Assembly: GCA_036149055.1 (NCBI GenBank)
Contig: JAYZQJ010000208.1
Span: 1-36,390 of the forward strand
Length of the DNA stretch: 36,390 nt
Source of the DNA: Myxococcota bacterium
GTDB lineage: Bacteria > Myxococcota_A > Polyangia > Polyangiales > Sandaracinaceae
Direction: 5' to 3'
Positions 28,633 to 36,390 of this stretch are shown one piece after another (the stretch's first letter is position 1; the number at the start of each line of letters is the position of its first letter). The notes beneath the pieces were generated by a model. The model worked only from the letters and a program-made list of their open reading frames with translations, ran no database searches and was not told where the DNA came from. The translations under genes and the position numbers were made by a program.

Positions 28633-30312
28633 TCAGAGCCGCGGCGGAGCTGCGGTGCTCGGTCGCTCGACCCCGACCAGGCTGAACGCGGGCGTCGAGC
28701 CCGGCGGGTGCTCGTAGAGGTGGGCGCGCAGAGGCGCGGGGTGGTCGCGCCCTTCGGTGGAGGCCTCGACGTCGATCACCAGGTACGCGGACGTCCGAGG
28801 AGACCGCCGCGGGAGCGGCACACAGACCTCCGATCCCGTGACGCGCCAGCCCGCGCCGATCGAGAGCCGCCCCTCTGCACCGTGCGCCCTCGCGCGGTAG
28901 CGGCGGGCGTGCGCGCCGCGGATCCCGGACCGGACGGCGAGGTCGGTCGCGCAGAGTCGATCGCCCTGGAGCTCCACATCTGCGAGCGGCGACAGGCGCG
29001 TCAGCCACCGCTCGAGCAGGCGGGTCCGACGCCCCCAGAGCGTCCCGACGAGGATCGCCCCGTGCCGCGGCTCGGACCAGCGGCCGAGGGCGACGATGGC
29101 CTCCAGGTCATCGCGCTCGAAGCGGGAGACGATGCGGGCCATCCACGCCATGTCTCGCTCCGTGCGGCGCTCGAAGGCAGGGTTCGGATAGCCGTTGCGC
29201 CACTGATCGGGCACGTAGTCTTCGACGTTCGGGTAGTAGGCGAACACCTCGAACGCCTCCCCGCGCGCGGGCTCGGTCCACGGCCGGTTCGCGAGGCCGA
29301 GGGTGAGGAAGTCCTCGAGCGCGTGCTGCAGGTCGACGTAGTGGGAGTGACCGAGGCGCCGGACCAGCGCGTCTTCGTGCCATCCGATCCCGAACGAGTC
29401 GCCGGCGTCGAGGACGTAATGCCGTACGTACCCGAGACCGTCGCCGGTCTCCATCCACGTGCTCATGTTGTTTTCGGCGCGCGCGTCGACGTGGTTGAGC
29501 CACGAGGACGCGACGTACATCCCGCGCGTCTCGCGCCGGTGCTGGTGGTCGATGACGTCGTTGGGGTCGTCGGCGCGCCGGCCCTCGAAGCGCCAGCCGC
29601 CCAGCGGAGCGCCCTCGACGAAGAGGCTGAGGCTGGCCCGTCGCCGCCCGTCGGGGGCCCGTCCGCTCGCGGCCACCAACGCCTCGAGCTGCTCCGCGCC
29701 GTAGGGCGCTCCGCCCATGGTCGCGTCGGGGGTGACCTCGACGTCGCCGGGCTCGAAGAACACGACCTGATTGCAGGGGACGTAGTAGCCGATCGCGTGG
29801 AGGATGCGCGTCGCGATCACGTCCGCAGCGGTCGCGCGCTCCGGCTGACGAAAGTCGACCTTGAACACGTACCGGCGTCCGTCCGCCGCCTCGATCACCG
29901 CCCCCGGGCTCGATCCATCGTGCTTCCCGCGAAGCACTCGCCAGGGGAACGGGGGCTGCTCCAGGCTGCGACACGGGCCGAGCGCGAGCTCCTCGCGACT
30001 CATGGGGCGTCGGCCGATGCGGTTGGTGAACCAGCTCGAGTCAGGCACCTCGTCGGCCGCGTTGACGTTGAGCGCTTCGCGGTCGAGCTCGTAGGTGAAC
30101 AGCTCGGAGCTCCGACGGAAGAGCGTGTTGTCGACGGCGTCCCAGAGGTATGGGTTGAACGCGGTCCGCGGGCGCGGGCCGAACGGCTGCTGATCGTGGT
30201 CCCTCCACATCACCTCCCGTAGAGGGAAGCGGCGGGTCATCGCGGCGCCGCACCCGGAGGCGACGGCGAGGACCGCGAGGGCGAGGGCGAGCGACGAGGT
30301 TGTGCGAGACAT
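28633..30312 (-). CDS. Lipoprotein with possible atypical kinase-like fold
   Basis: GAAGGAG RBS, lipobox VASGC, DEVPDSSWFTNR, YVFKVD, WLNHVDARAENN, YVLDAGDSFG. Confidence 0.7.
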   Translation of the reverse strand: MSRTTSSLALALAVLAVASGCGAAMTRRFPLREVMWRDHDQQPFGPRPRTAFNPYLWDAVDNTLFRRSSELFTYELDREALNVNAADEVPDSSWFTNRIGRRPMSREELALGPCRSLEQPPFPWRVLRGKHDGSSPGAVIEAADGRRYVFKVDFRQPERATAADVIATRILHAIGYYVPCNQVVFFEPGDVEVTPDATMGGAPYGAEQLEALVAASGRAPDGRRRASLSLFVEGAPLGGWRFEGRRADDPNDVIDHQHRRETRGMYVASSWLNHVDARAENNMSTWMETGDGLGYVRHYVLDAGDSFGIGWHEDALVRRLGHSHYVDLQHALEDFLTLGLANRPWTEPARGEAFEVFAYYPNVEDYVPDQWRNGYPNPAFERRTERDMAWMARIVSRFERDDLEAIVALGRWSEPRHGAILVGTLWGRRTRLLERWLTRLSPLADVELQGDRLCATDLAVRSGIRGAHARRYRARAHGAEGRLSIGAGWRVTGSEVCVPLPRRSPRTSAYLVIDVEASTEGRDHPAPLRAHLYEHPPGSTPAFSLVGVERPSTAAPPRL

Positions 30313-30323
30313 GGCAGACTCCT

Positions 30324-31670
30324 TCAAAGCGAGTTGCGGGCACCCACGAGCACGCGAACCGACGTGATCTCGCCCCCGTTCGCGAACGTCTCGGACCCGA
30401 GCGCGACCTGCAGGACGAACGGGTGGTCCCCTGCGTCGCGAGCGTCGACACCGAGCCCGAACGAGTAGCGGAGGTCATCGACCACGAAGCCGTCGAACCG
30501 CGCGTCGAAGACGGAGCCCATCGAGAAGAAGAGGCTCCCGTCCAGGAACACCCAGATGGGCCAGCGGTAGCGAACCGTGAGAGCCGCCGCGCTCCGGCCG
30601 CGGAGCTGGCCGGGGAGGTAGGCGGGCAGGACGCCGTCCCGTCCGGGGTCGACCAGCTCCGTGAACGGCACACCGTCGGAGTCGAGGTCTTCGACGAGGT
30701 GGGTGTCGCCCTCGAGCGCGAGCACCCGCTCGGCCCCCAGCGCGTCGGTGGCGAGCATCAGGTGTCCGCCCCACGCCATCCATCGCCGCTGCGACGGATG
30801 ATCGACGTCGAAGCCGGGCGCCGCGTACATGCCGACCCGGACGCCGCCCGCGAGCGGCCGTGATGCGGGCCGTGTGTCCACCACCAGCTCCAGGCGGGAG
30901 CGGAAGGCCGAGTAGCCCTCCTCGAAGCCCTCCGGCAGCACGCCGCCCTCGAGCTGCTGCTGGCGGGCGGTCAGCGCCGGGTCGCCCAGCTCTCGGCCGT
31001 CTCCGAAGCCGCGGCTGTCGTAGCCGGCGGTGAGTCGCAGCCGCGAGCGCCGCCAGAAGCGCCAGTCCAGCCTCGCCTCCGTCTCCACGAGAGACTCGGA
31101 GTAGCGCGCCCGGTTCGCGACCGTGTTGTCGGCGCCGGGCCCGATCCCGCCGTAGACGTAGTCGTCCCGGCGGATCGCTCGGAGGCGCCCGCTGACGCTC
31201 ACGTCGCCCACGGTGACGGTGTCGACGAGCCGCGCGTCGAGCGTGTCCGTGCCGCCGAACCCCGCGCTCACGTCGAGCTGGTTCGCGTCGTGAAGCGCGT
31301 GCCTCCAGGTGGCGAAGACCCTCACGCTCGGCCTCATCCCCAGGTCGAGATAGGCGACGGGGAGGACCACGAAGTCCTGCTGCAGGTAGCGCTCGACGGC
31401 GGCGATCGCGCCCGAGGCCTCGAGCTCGGTGAGCAGCCAGCCGATGGGAGCTCGCACCAGGTACTCGCTGACGAGGTAGAGCGGGCCGGTCGCGATACGA
31501 GGGATCCACATCCACGGCTCTGCGGGGTCCTCCGGGGGTGCTCCGCGGCCGTCGTAGTCGGGGACCGCTCGCGGGGCGGGGCGCGCGGGCCCTGACTCGG
31601 CCTGCGCGCTCGCTCGCGCGGCGCCTGCGAGCGAGATCACGACGAACGTGAGAGCAATGATGCGTGCCAT
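30324..31670 (-). CDS. Omp85 (BamA/TamA-like) outer-membrane beta-barrel protein
   Basis: Signal peptide, amphipathic beta strands, LPAYLPGQLRGRSA (variant of RG[YF]..RF), YRWPI, YSFGLG. Confidence 0.72.
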   Translation of the reverse strand: MARIIALTFVVISLAGAARASAQAESGPARPAPRAVPDYDGRGAPPEDPAEPWMWIPRIATGPLYLVSEYLVRAPIGWLLTELEASGAIAAVERYLQQDFVVLPVAYLDLGMRPSVRVFATWRHALHDANQLDVSAGFGGTDTLDARLVDTVTVGDVSVSGRLRAIRRDDYVYGGIGPGADNTVANRARYSESLVETEARLDWRFWRRSRLRLTAGYDSRGFGDGRELGDPALTARQQQLEGGVLPEGFEEGYSAFRSRLELVVDTRPASRPLAGGVRVGMYAAPGFDVDHPSQRRWMAWGGHLMLATDALGAERVLALEGDTHLVEDLDSDGVPFTELVDPGRDGVLPAYLPGQLRGRSAAALTVRYRWPIWVFLDGSLFFSMGSVFDARFDGFVVDDLRYSFGLGVDARDAGDHPFVLQVALGSETFANGGEITSVRVLVGARNSL

Positions 31671-31717
31671 CGTTCCGGTCTCCGCGTCCGGGTGTCGGAC
31701 GTCGGATGGACCAGTTG

Positions 31718-31732
31718 GCAAGCGGTGTGCCG
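31718..31732 (-). promoter_or_regulatory. Sigma54 -24/-12 promoter for the Omp85 operon
   Basis: Minus strand CGGCACACCGCTTGC (GG-N10-GC, TTGC). Confidence 0.75.
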
Positions 31733-31773
31733 CACCTCCCCGCGCCCGAAACGCGGCCTCGAGGGCGGGAGGC

Positions 31774-31808
31774 CCGCGAGACCTCGTGGGAGCCCCGAGA
31801 TTTCGTGG
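31774..31808. promoter_or_regulatory. Tandem enhancer pair A
   Basis: CCGCGAGACCTCGTGG (31774-31789) and CCCCGAGATTTCGTGG (31793-31808). Confidence 0.75.
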
Positions 31809-31870
31809 TGCCGGCGCCGCCAGGATCGTCGTTGCGCGAGCTGCGGGGTTGGGGTTTAACGCGTCGCATC

Positions 31871-33316
31871 GTGGATCCAGAACGTGATGGGGGCGCCGGC
31901 GCGCTGGGGCGACGGGACGAGCTGATCCTTCGCTGTGCGGGCGAGGGTATCTACGGGGTGGACAGCGAGGGGGTCACCACCTTCGTCAACCCCGCGGGCG
32001 CGGCGATGGTCGGCTACCGACCGGAGGAGCTGATGGGGAAGCTCTCGCACGAGCTGATTCACCACTCCCACGCCGACGGCGCTCACTACGAGCACACTCG
32101 CTGCCCGATCTACGCCGCCTTCAAGGACGGGGCGGTCCACACCGTTCGTGACGAGGTCTTCTGGCGGAAGGACGGGACCTCGTTCCCGGTCGAGTATGTC
32201 AGCACTCCGATCCGTGGGGAGGACGACGAGCTGATCGGCGCGGTGATCACGTTCCGCGACGTCACCGAGCGCCACGAGCGCGAGGCGGCGTTGAGAGAGG
32301 CCCTGGCGGAGGTCGAGCGCCTCAAGGAGAAGCTCGAGGCGGAGAACGAGTATCTTCGCGACGAGATCTCCGGGCATGCGCTCGCCCAGATGATCGGAGA
32401 GAGCGCATCCCTCGCCCGCGCGAAGCGTCGCGTCGAGCAGGTCGCGCCGACCGACGCGACCGTCCTGATCCTCGGCGAGACCGGCGTGGGCAAGGAGCTG
32501 TTCGCGCGCGCCATTCACGACCTGAGCGGGCGGAGCGAGCACGCCCTCATCAAGCTCAACTGCGCCGCGCTCCCCTCGACCCTGATCGAGAGCGAGCTGT
32601 TCGGGCACGAGAAGGGCTCGTTCACGGGCGCGACTACGCGTCGCAAGGGCCGGTTCGAGCTGGCGGACGGCGGCACGATCTTTCTCGATGAGGTGGGGGA
32701 GCTGCCCCTCGAGCTGCAGGCGAAGCTGCTGCGTGTCTTGCAGGAGGGCGAGCTCGAGAGGCTCGGCGGCGCCGAGACCATCTCGGTCGACGTGCGCGTG
32801 GTCGCTGCGACGAACCGCGATCTCGCGGCCATGGTCCGCGCGGGGGAGTTCCGCGACGACCTCTACTATCGGCTGAACGTCTTCCCCATCGACGTGCCGC
32901 CCCTGCGCGAGCGCAAGGACGACATCCCCGCGCTCGCCGGGCACTTCGTGCAGCGACTCTCCACGAAGCTCGGGAAGACGCTCGGGGACGTGTCGCCGCC
33001 CTGCATGGACGCGCTCCTGGACTACCCGTGGCCCGGGAACATCCGCGAGCTCGAGAACGTGATCGAGCGCGCGGCCATCCTGGCCGTCGACGGAACCCTC
33101 CCGGTCGGGGAGGCCCTCGAAGCGCGGCCCGCGGACCGCGGCCGGGCGACCGAGACGGAGTCGCTCACCCTCGAAGAGGTCGAGCGCAGGCACATCGAGG
33201 GCGTGCTCGAACGGACGAGCTGGCGCATCGAGGGGGACAAGGGGGCCGCGAAGATCCTCGCGCTCCACCCCAACACGCTGCGCTCACGCATGAAGAAGCT
33301 CGGAATCCGGCGCTGA
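31871..33316 (+). CDS. PAS-domain sigma54-dependent transcriptional activator (FhlA/NifA-like EBP)
   Basis: PAS (EGIYGVD, FWRKDGTSFPVEY), coiled coil, GETGVGKE, GSFTGA, WPGNIREL, HTH HPNTLRSRMKKLGI; GTG start at 31871 inferred. Confidence 0.92.
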   Translation: MDPERDGGAGALGRRDELILRCAGEGIYGVDSEGVTTFVNPAGAAMVGYRPEELMGKLSHELIHHSHADGAHYEHTRCPIYAAFKDGAVHTVRDEVFWRKDGTSFPVEYVSTPIRGEDDELIGAVITFRDVTERHEREAALREALAEVERLKEKLEAENEYLRDEISGHALAQMIGESASLARAKRRVEQVAPTDATVLILGETGVGKELFARAIHDLSGRSEHALIKLNCAALPSTLIESELFGHEKGSFTGATTRRKGRFELADGGTIFLDEVGELPLELQAKLLRVLQEGELERLGGAETISVDVRVVAATNRDLAAMVRAGEFRDDLYYRLNVFPIDVPPLRERKDDIPALAGHFVQRLSTKLGKTLGDVSPPCMDALLDYPWPGNIRELENVIERAAILAVDGTLPVGEALEARPADRGRATETESLTLEEVERRHIEGVLERTSWRIEGDKGAAKILALHPNTLRSRMKKLGIRR

Positions 33317-33357
33317 CGCGACGGGCGAGCGGAGCGCTTCCGGGGAGCCGCGTGCCG

Positions 33358-33391
33358 CCCCGAGATTTCGTGACTCGACGACATCTCGTGG
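33358..33391. promoter_or_regulatory. Tandem enhancer pair B
   Basis: CCCCGAGATTTCGTGA (33358-33373) and CGACGACATCTCGTGG (33376-33391). Confidence 0.75.
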
Positions 33392-33433
33392 CGCTGACGC
33401 GCGGCGTGGCTGACCTCGCGGGCGGAGATGGGC

Positions 33434-33448
33434 TGGCACGCGCCATGC
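33434..33448 (+). promoter_or_regulatory. Sigma54 -24/-12 promoter for the glycosyltransferase
   Basis: TGGCACGCGCCATGC. Confidence 0.78.
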
Positions 33449-33556
33449 GGAGAGACGGCGCGGAGGCGCTCGGCGCCAGGCGGCGTCGCGCACGAGCCTC
33501 CGACGACGTCCACCTCAACTCGCGCGCAATCATGGTTGCGTGCTCGGGAGCCGCTG

Positions 33557-34798
33557 ATGATCGAGCTTCTCGCCCTCTCCGTGTCCGCTGGACTCTCACT
33601 CGCCGTGGCGGCCTTCGTCGCGAGCTGGCGCGCGGTGCGCGCGCGCGACGACTCAGGCGACCCGGAGCCGCGGGCTCTCCCTCCCCTCGTGGTGGTGCGC
33701 CCGATCCGAGGCCTGGACCCGGGCCTGTCAGGCAACCTCTGGGCGGCGCTCGAGCAGCACTATCCGGGCGAGATGGAGACCCTCTTCGTGCTCGACGACG
33801 TGCACGATCCTGCCTACCCCGTCGTCAGTCGCGCGGTGGAGACGCACCGGCAGCGGCGCTCGGGCGCAGCTCCCGCTCGCGTCGTCGTGGCCGGGCCCAG
33901 GCCCGCGCGCCGTACGGGGAAGCTCCACGCGATGATCGAGGGGCTGCGCGCGGCGCGTCTCGACGCGCCCCTGGTGGCGTTCGCCGACTCGGACACGCGA
34001 CCGCCGCCGACCCTGCTCGCGCAGCTCGCGGACGCGGTCGTTCGCGAGCCCGACGTCGGCTCGGCGTTCGCCCCCGCGGTGAGCGTCGCGCCGGCTCGGA
34101 CCGCGGGTGACGTCGGCTACGGGATGATGCTCGACGGCCTCTACGGTCCGCAGGCCGCGATCACCATGGCGCAGGAGGGCTCGCTCCCGTTCATCATGGG
34201 CCAGACGATGGTCTTGAGGCGCGAGGCGCTCGACGCCGCTGGCGGCCTGAGCGCCTCGACGGGGCAGCTCGTGGACGACATGCACATCGGCGCGGGGATC
34301 GCCGAGGCGGGCTATCGCAACGTGTTGATCCCGACCCGGCTCCCGATCTGGAGCGAGGGGGTGAGCTGGCGGGCCTTCCGCTCCCTCGCCCTCCGCTGGA
34401 TGATCTACGGGCGTACCGGTGTGCCGATGTGGCCCTTCAACGCCCCGACCATCGCCTACGTAGGCGCGTTCCACCTCGGCGCGGGGGCGGGGCTCGTCGC
34501 GCTGCTGACCGGAGCCCACGCGGCGGCGGCCTTCTTCGCAGCAGCGGCTCTCGCGGTCTCGGCGGCGGTCGGGCTCATCCGTCGCGCTCAGGGCGCCGCC
34601 CCCGTGCCCTGGCGGCTGGCGTGGGCGCTTCCGCTGACCCTCGCGTTGGCCCCGGTCGCGTTTCTGCGAGCGCAGCTGGCGAGGAGCGTGGAGTGGCGAG
34701 GCCGACGGTATCTGCTGAGCGCGGAGGGTCGGCTCGAGACGCGCGGCCCGCACGGACCGGCGAGCGCGAGCTTCCCGCTCCCGCTGCCTCCCGAGTGA
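33557..34798 (+). CDS. Membrane GT-A glycosyltransferase (HpnI/ceramide glucosyltransferase-like)
   Basis: N-terminal TM, VVRPIRGLD, GKLHAM, FADSD, MGQTMVLRREAL, LVDD, LRW, VEWRGRRY. Confidence 0.85.
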   Translation: MIELLALSVSAGLSLAVAAFVASWRAVRARDDSGDPEPRALPPLVVVRPIRGLDPGLSGNLWAALEQHYPGEMETLFVLDDVHDPAYPVVSRAVETHRQRRSGAAPARVVVAGPRPARRTGKLHAMIEGLRAARLDAPLVAFADSDTRPPPTLLAQLADAVVREPDVGSAFAPAVSVAPARTAGDVGYGMMLDGLYGPQAAITMAQEGSLPFIMGQTMVLRREALDAAGGLSASTGQLVDDMHIGAGIAEAGYRNVLIPTRLPIWSEGVSWRAFRSLALRWMIYGRTGVPMWPFNAPTIAYVGAFHLGAGAGLVALLTGAHAAAAFFAAAALAVSAAVGLIRRAQGAAPVPWRLAWALPLTLALAPVAFLRAQLARSVEWRGRRYLLSAEGRLETRGPHGPASASFPLPLPPE

Positions 34799-35005
34799 GC
34801 CGAAGTCGCAGACGCGACCCCAAGCGCGAGCCACGAGCCAGCCTCGTGGCGCGCGCGCTCGCGTCTGGCGCCCAACGCGCCGCAGTTAGCATTGCAGTCG
34901 TCGAAAGAGAGTCGTTCGGCGTTCGACGGTTCTCGTTCTCCGTGAGGGCCCGAGAGAGTGGGTGTCCGACGGCATCGTCGCCGCGGCACCACGAAAGGAA
35001 GACCC

Positions 35006-35554
35006 ATGTCTCGCATCCCGACCCCGAGCTCCATCGATGACGCGCCCGACGGCTCGCGAGAGCTGTTGAAGGGGGTCCAGCAGCAGCTGGGCAGTGTCCC
35101 CAACATGTTCCGGATCGTGTCCAACAGCCCGGCCGCGCTCGAGGGCTACCTCGGGCTGAACGGGGCGCTCTCCAAGGGGGCGCTCCCCGCCGCCACCCGC
35201 GAGCGGATCGCGCTCGCGGTCGCGGAGGTCAACGAGTGCGGCTACTGCCTCGCGGCCCACACCTACCTCGGGGAGCGCTTCGCCAAGCTGTCCTCGGAGG
35301 AGATCGAGACCAACCGTCGTGGCGCGTCGACCGACGCGAAGGCCGACGCGGCGGTGCGCCTCGCGGTCCAGATCGTCCAGCGTCGCGGCCACGTGGACAT
35401 CAGCGCCATCGAGCGGGCCCGGCAGGCGGGGTTCACCGACGCCGAGCTGGTCGAGATCATCGCGCACACCGCGCTCAACACGCTCACGAACTACGTGAAC
35501 GTCGTGCTCCGGACGGCGATCGACTTCCCGGCGGTCGACGAGCTCGCGGCCTGA
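35006..35554 (+). CDS. Carboxymuconolactone decarboxylase/AhpD-like peroxidase
   Basis: [40 protein letters not shown]. Confidence 0.9.
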   Translation: MSRIPTPSSIDDAPDGSRELLKGVQQQLGSVPNMFRIVSNSPAALEGYLGLNGALSKGALPAATRERIALAVAEVNECGYCLAAHTYLGERFAKLSSEEIETNRRGASTDAKADAAVRLAVQIVQRRGHVDISAIERARQAGFTDAELVEIIAHTALNTLTNYVNVVLRTAIDFPAVDELAA

Positions 35555-35606
35555 CGGGGACCCGAGGCGGCGGCCGATGGGCCGTCGCCCGTCCTCCCGG
35601 CCTCCT

Positions 35607-35640
35607 CCACGACATCTCGTGGTTCCACGAGATGTCGTGG
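35607..35640. promoter_or_regulatory. Tandem enhancer pair C (perfect inverted repeat spanning 34 bp)
   Basis: CCACGACATCTCGTGG-TT-CCACGAGATGTCGTGG. Confidence 0.8.
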
Positions 35641-35680
35641 GGGAGCCCTGGTGGGACGCTCCTCTGGGGGCAAACCAAGT

Positions 35681-35695
35681 TGGCATGGGCCGTGC
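35681..35695 (+). promoter_or_regulatory. Sigma54 -24/-12 promoter for the DUF1348 gene
   Basis: TGGCATGGGCCGTGC. Confidence 0.72.
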
Positions 35696-35732
35696 GGTCC
35701 GTGATCGGGGAGGGAAACCGAAAGGACGATCG

Positions 35733-36158
35733 ATGACTCAAACACCGACCCAGAAGCTGGTGCCTCCGTTCACCCGAGAGACGGCGCTCGCCAAGGTGAA
35801 GGCGGCGCAGGACGCCTGGAACTCCATGGACCCGGTTCGGGTCGCGCGCGCGTATTCGAAGGACTCGGTCTGGCGGAACCGGGAGGAGTTCTTCGTGGGG
35901 CGCCCGGCGATCGAGGCGTTCCTGCGTCGCAAGTGGGAGAAGGAGACCGAGTACCGGCTGATGAAGGAGCTCTGGGCGTTCACGGACAACCGGATCTCGG
36001 TCCGGTTCGAGTACGAGTGGCGCAACCACGAGACCGGCCAGTGGTACCGGACGCACGGGAACGAGCACTGGGAGTTCGACGACGAGGGCCTCATGTCTCG
36101 CCGCGACATGAGCGCCAACGACGTGCCGATCGAGGAGTGGGAGCGACGCTATCGCTGA
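35733..36158 (+). CDS. DUF1348 / NTF2-like (SnoaL-fold) protein
   Basis: [54 protein letters not shown]. Confidence 0.92.
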   Translation: MTQTPTQKLVPPFTRETALAKVKAAQDAWNSMDPVRVARAYSKDSVWRNREEFFVGRPAIEAFLRRKWEKETEYRLMKELWAFTDNRISVRFEYEWRNHETGQWYRTHGNEHWEFDDEGLMSRRDMSANDVPIEEWERRYR

Positions 36159-36182
36159 GGCCACCCCTCACCGCGCCGAAGC

Positions 36183-36219
36183 AGACCGGCCCCCTCCGCT
36201 CGGCGGAGGGGGCCGGTCT
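36183..36219 (+). terminator. Strong hairpin after the DUF1348 gene (possible terminator; no U-tract)
   Basis: 17-bp perfect stem AGACCGGCCCCCTCCGC-TCG-GCGGAGGGGGCCGGTCT. Confidence 0.55.
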
Positions 36220-36250
36220 CGTCCGGTGGCGGACCCGCGCCTGCCCGGCG

Positions 36251-36390
36251 AGCTCGAGAGGTGGCAAACGATGGCGCGGGGGAAGCCCAAGCCCGCTACC
36301 GCGACGACTGACGCGAGACGACGGCAGGCGACGAGCGCAGCGAGGTTTCCGCACGGACCACCACCACCTACCTGTGTTCGATCCCGCGGC
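36251..36390 (+). repeat. Dispersed palindromic repeat element, copy 3 (truncated by window end)
   Basis: AGCTCGAGAGGTGGCAAACGATGGCGCGG..GACGGCAGGCGACGAGCGCAGCGAGGT..TTCGATCCCGCGGC. Confidence 0.9.

Noticed and set aside
31716..31730. Plus-strand GG-N10-GC (TGGCAAGCGGTGTGC) overlapping the minus-strand sigma54 promoter
   Set aside because: The enhancers would lie downstream of it; the minus-strand reading fits the consensus and the 40-42 bp spacing
34831..34880. CCACGAGCCAGCCTCGTGG and a weak GG-N10-GC (34866-34880) upstream of the AhpD-like gene as a fourth regulon site
   Set aside because: Spacer is 7 rather than 4 nt, the site is single, and the promoter match and spacing are poor; cannot be excluded
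24813..36390. Genomic island integrated at the tRNA-like element
   Set aside because: No integrase and no duplicated tRNA 3' end seen; any compositional shift is only an impression

Overview
Very GC-rich bacterial DNA with myxobacterial-type gene content: many lipoproteins, a Ser/Thr kinase and sigma54 activators. About 38 CDS are supported; most of the supplied ORF track is shadow ORFs. (1) At 4221-6926, three paralogous zinc-ribbon/lipobox proteins carrying YG(L/M/A/I)A motifs precede a radical SAM/SPASM enzyme resembling tyramine-excising spliceases, a candidate system for post-translationally modified lipoproteins. (2) An atypical tRNA-Tyr(GUA)-like element at 24813-24883 ends 4 nt before the ATG of a 764-aa unknown gene. 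(3) A sigma54 regulon at 26719-36158 can be read from the DNA: three tandem CCACGA-N4-TCGTGG enhancer pairs, each 40-42 bp from a -24/-12 promoter, around a PAS-domain activator, driving redox and envelope genes. (4) A GlrK/GlrR-like two-component system has GTC-N10-GAC sites and a sigma54 promoter facing a SulP/DUF2490 operon. (5) A structured dispersed repeat occurs three times, twice truncated by the window ends. (6) Several genes appear leaderless (TANNNT-N6/7-start). All family assignments come from motif recognition by eye; no searches were run.
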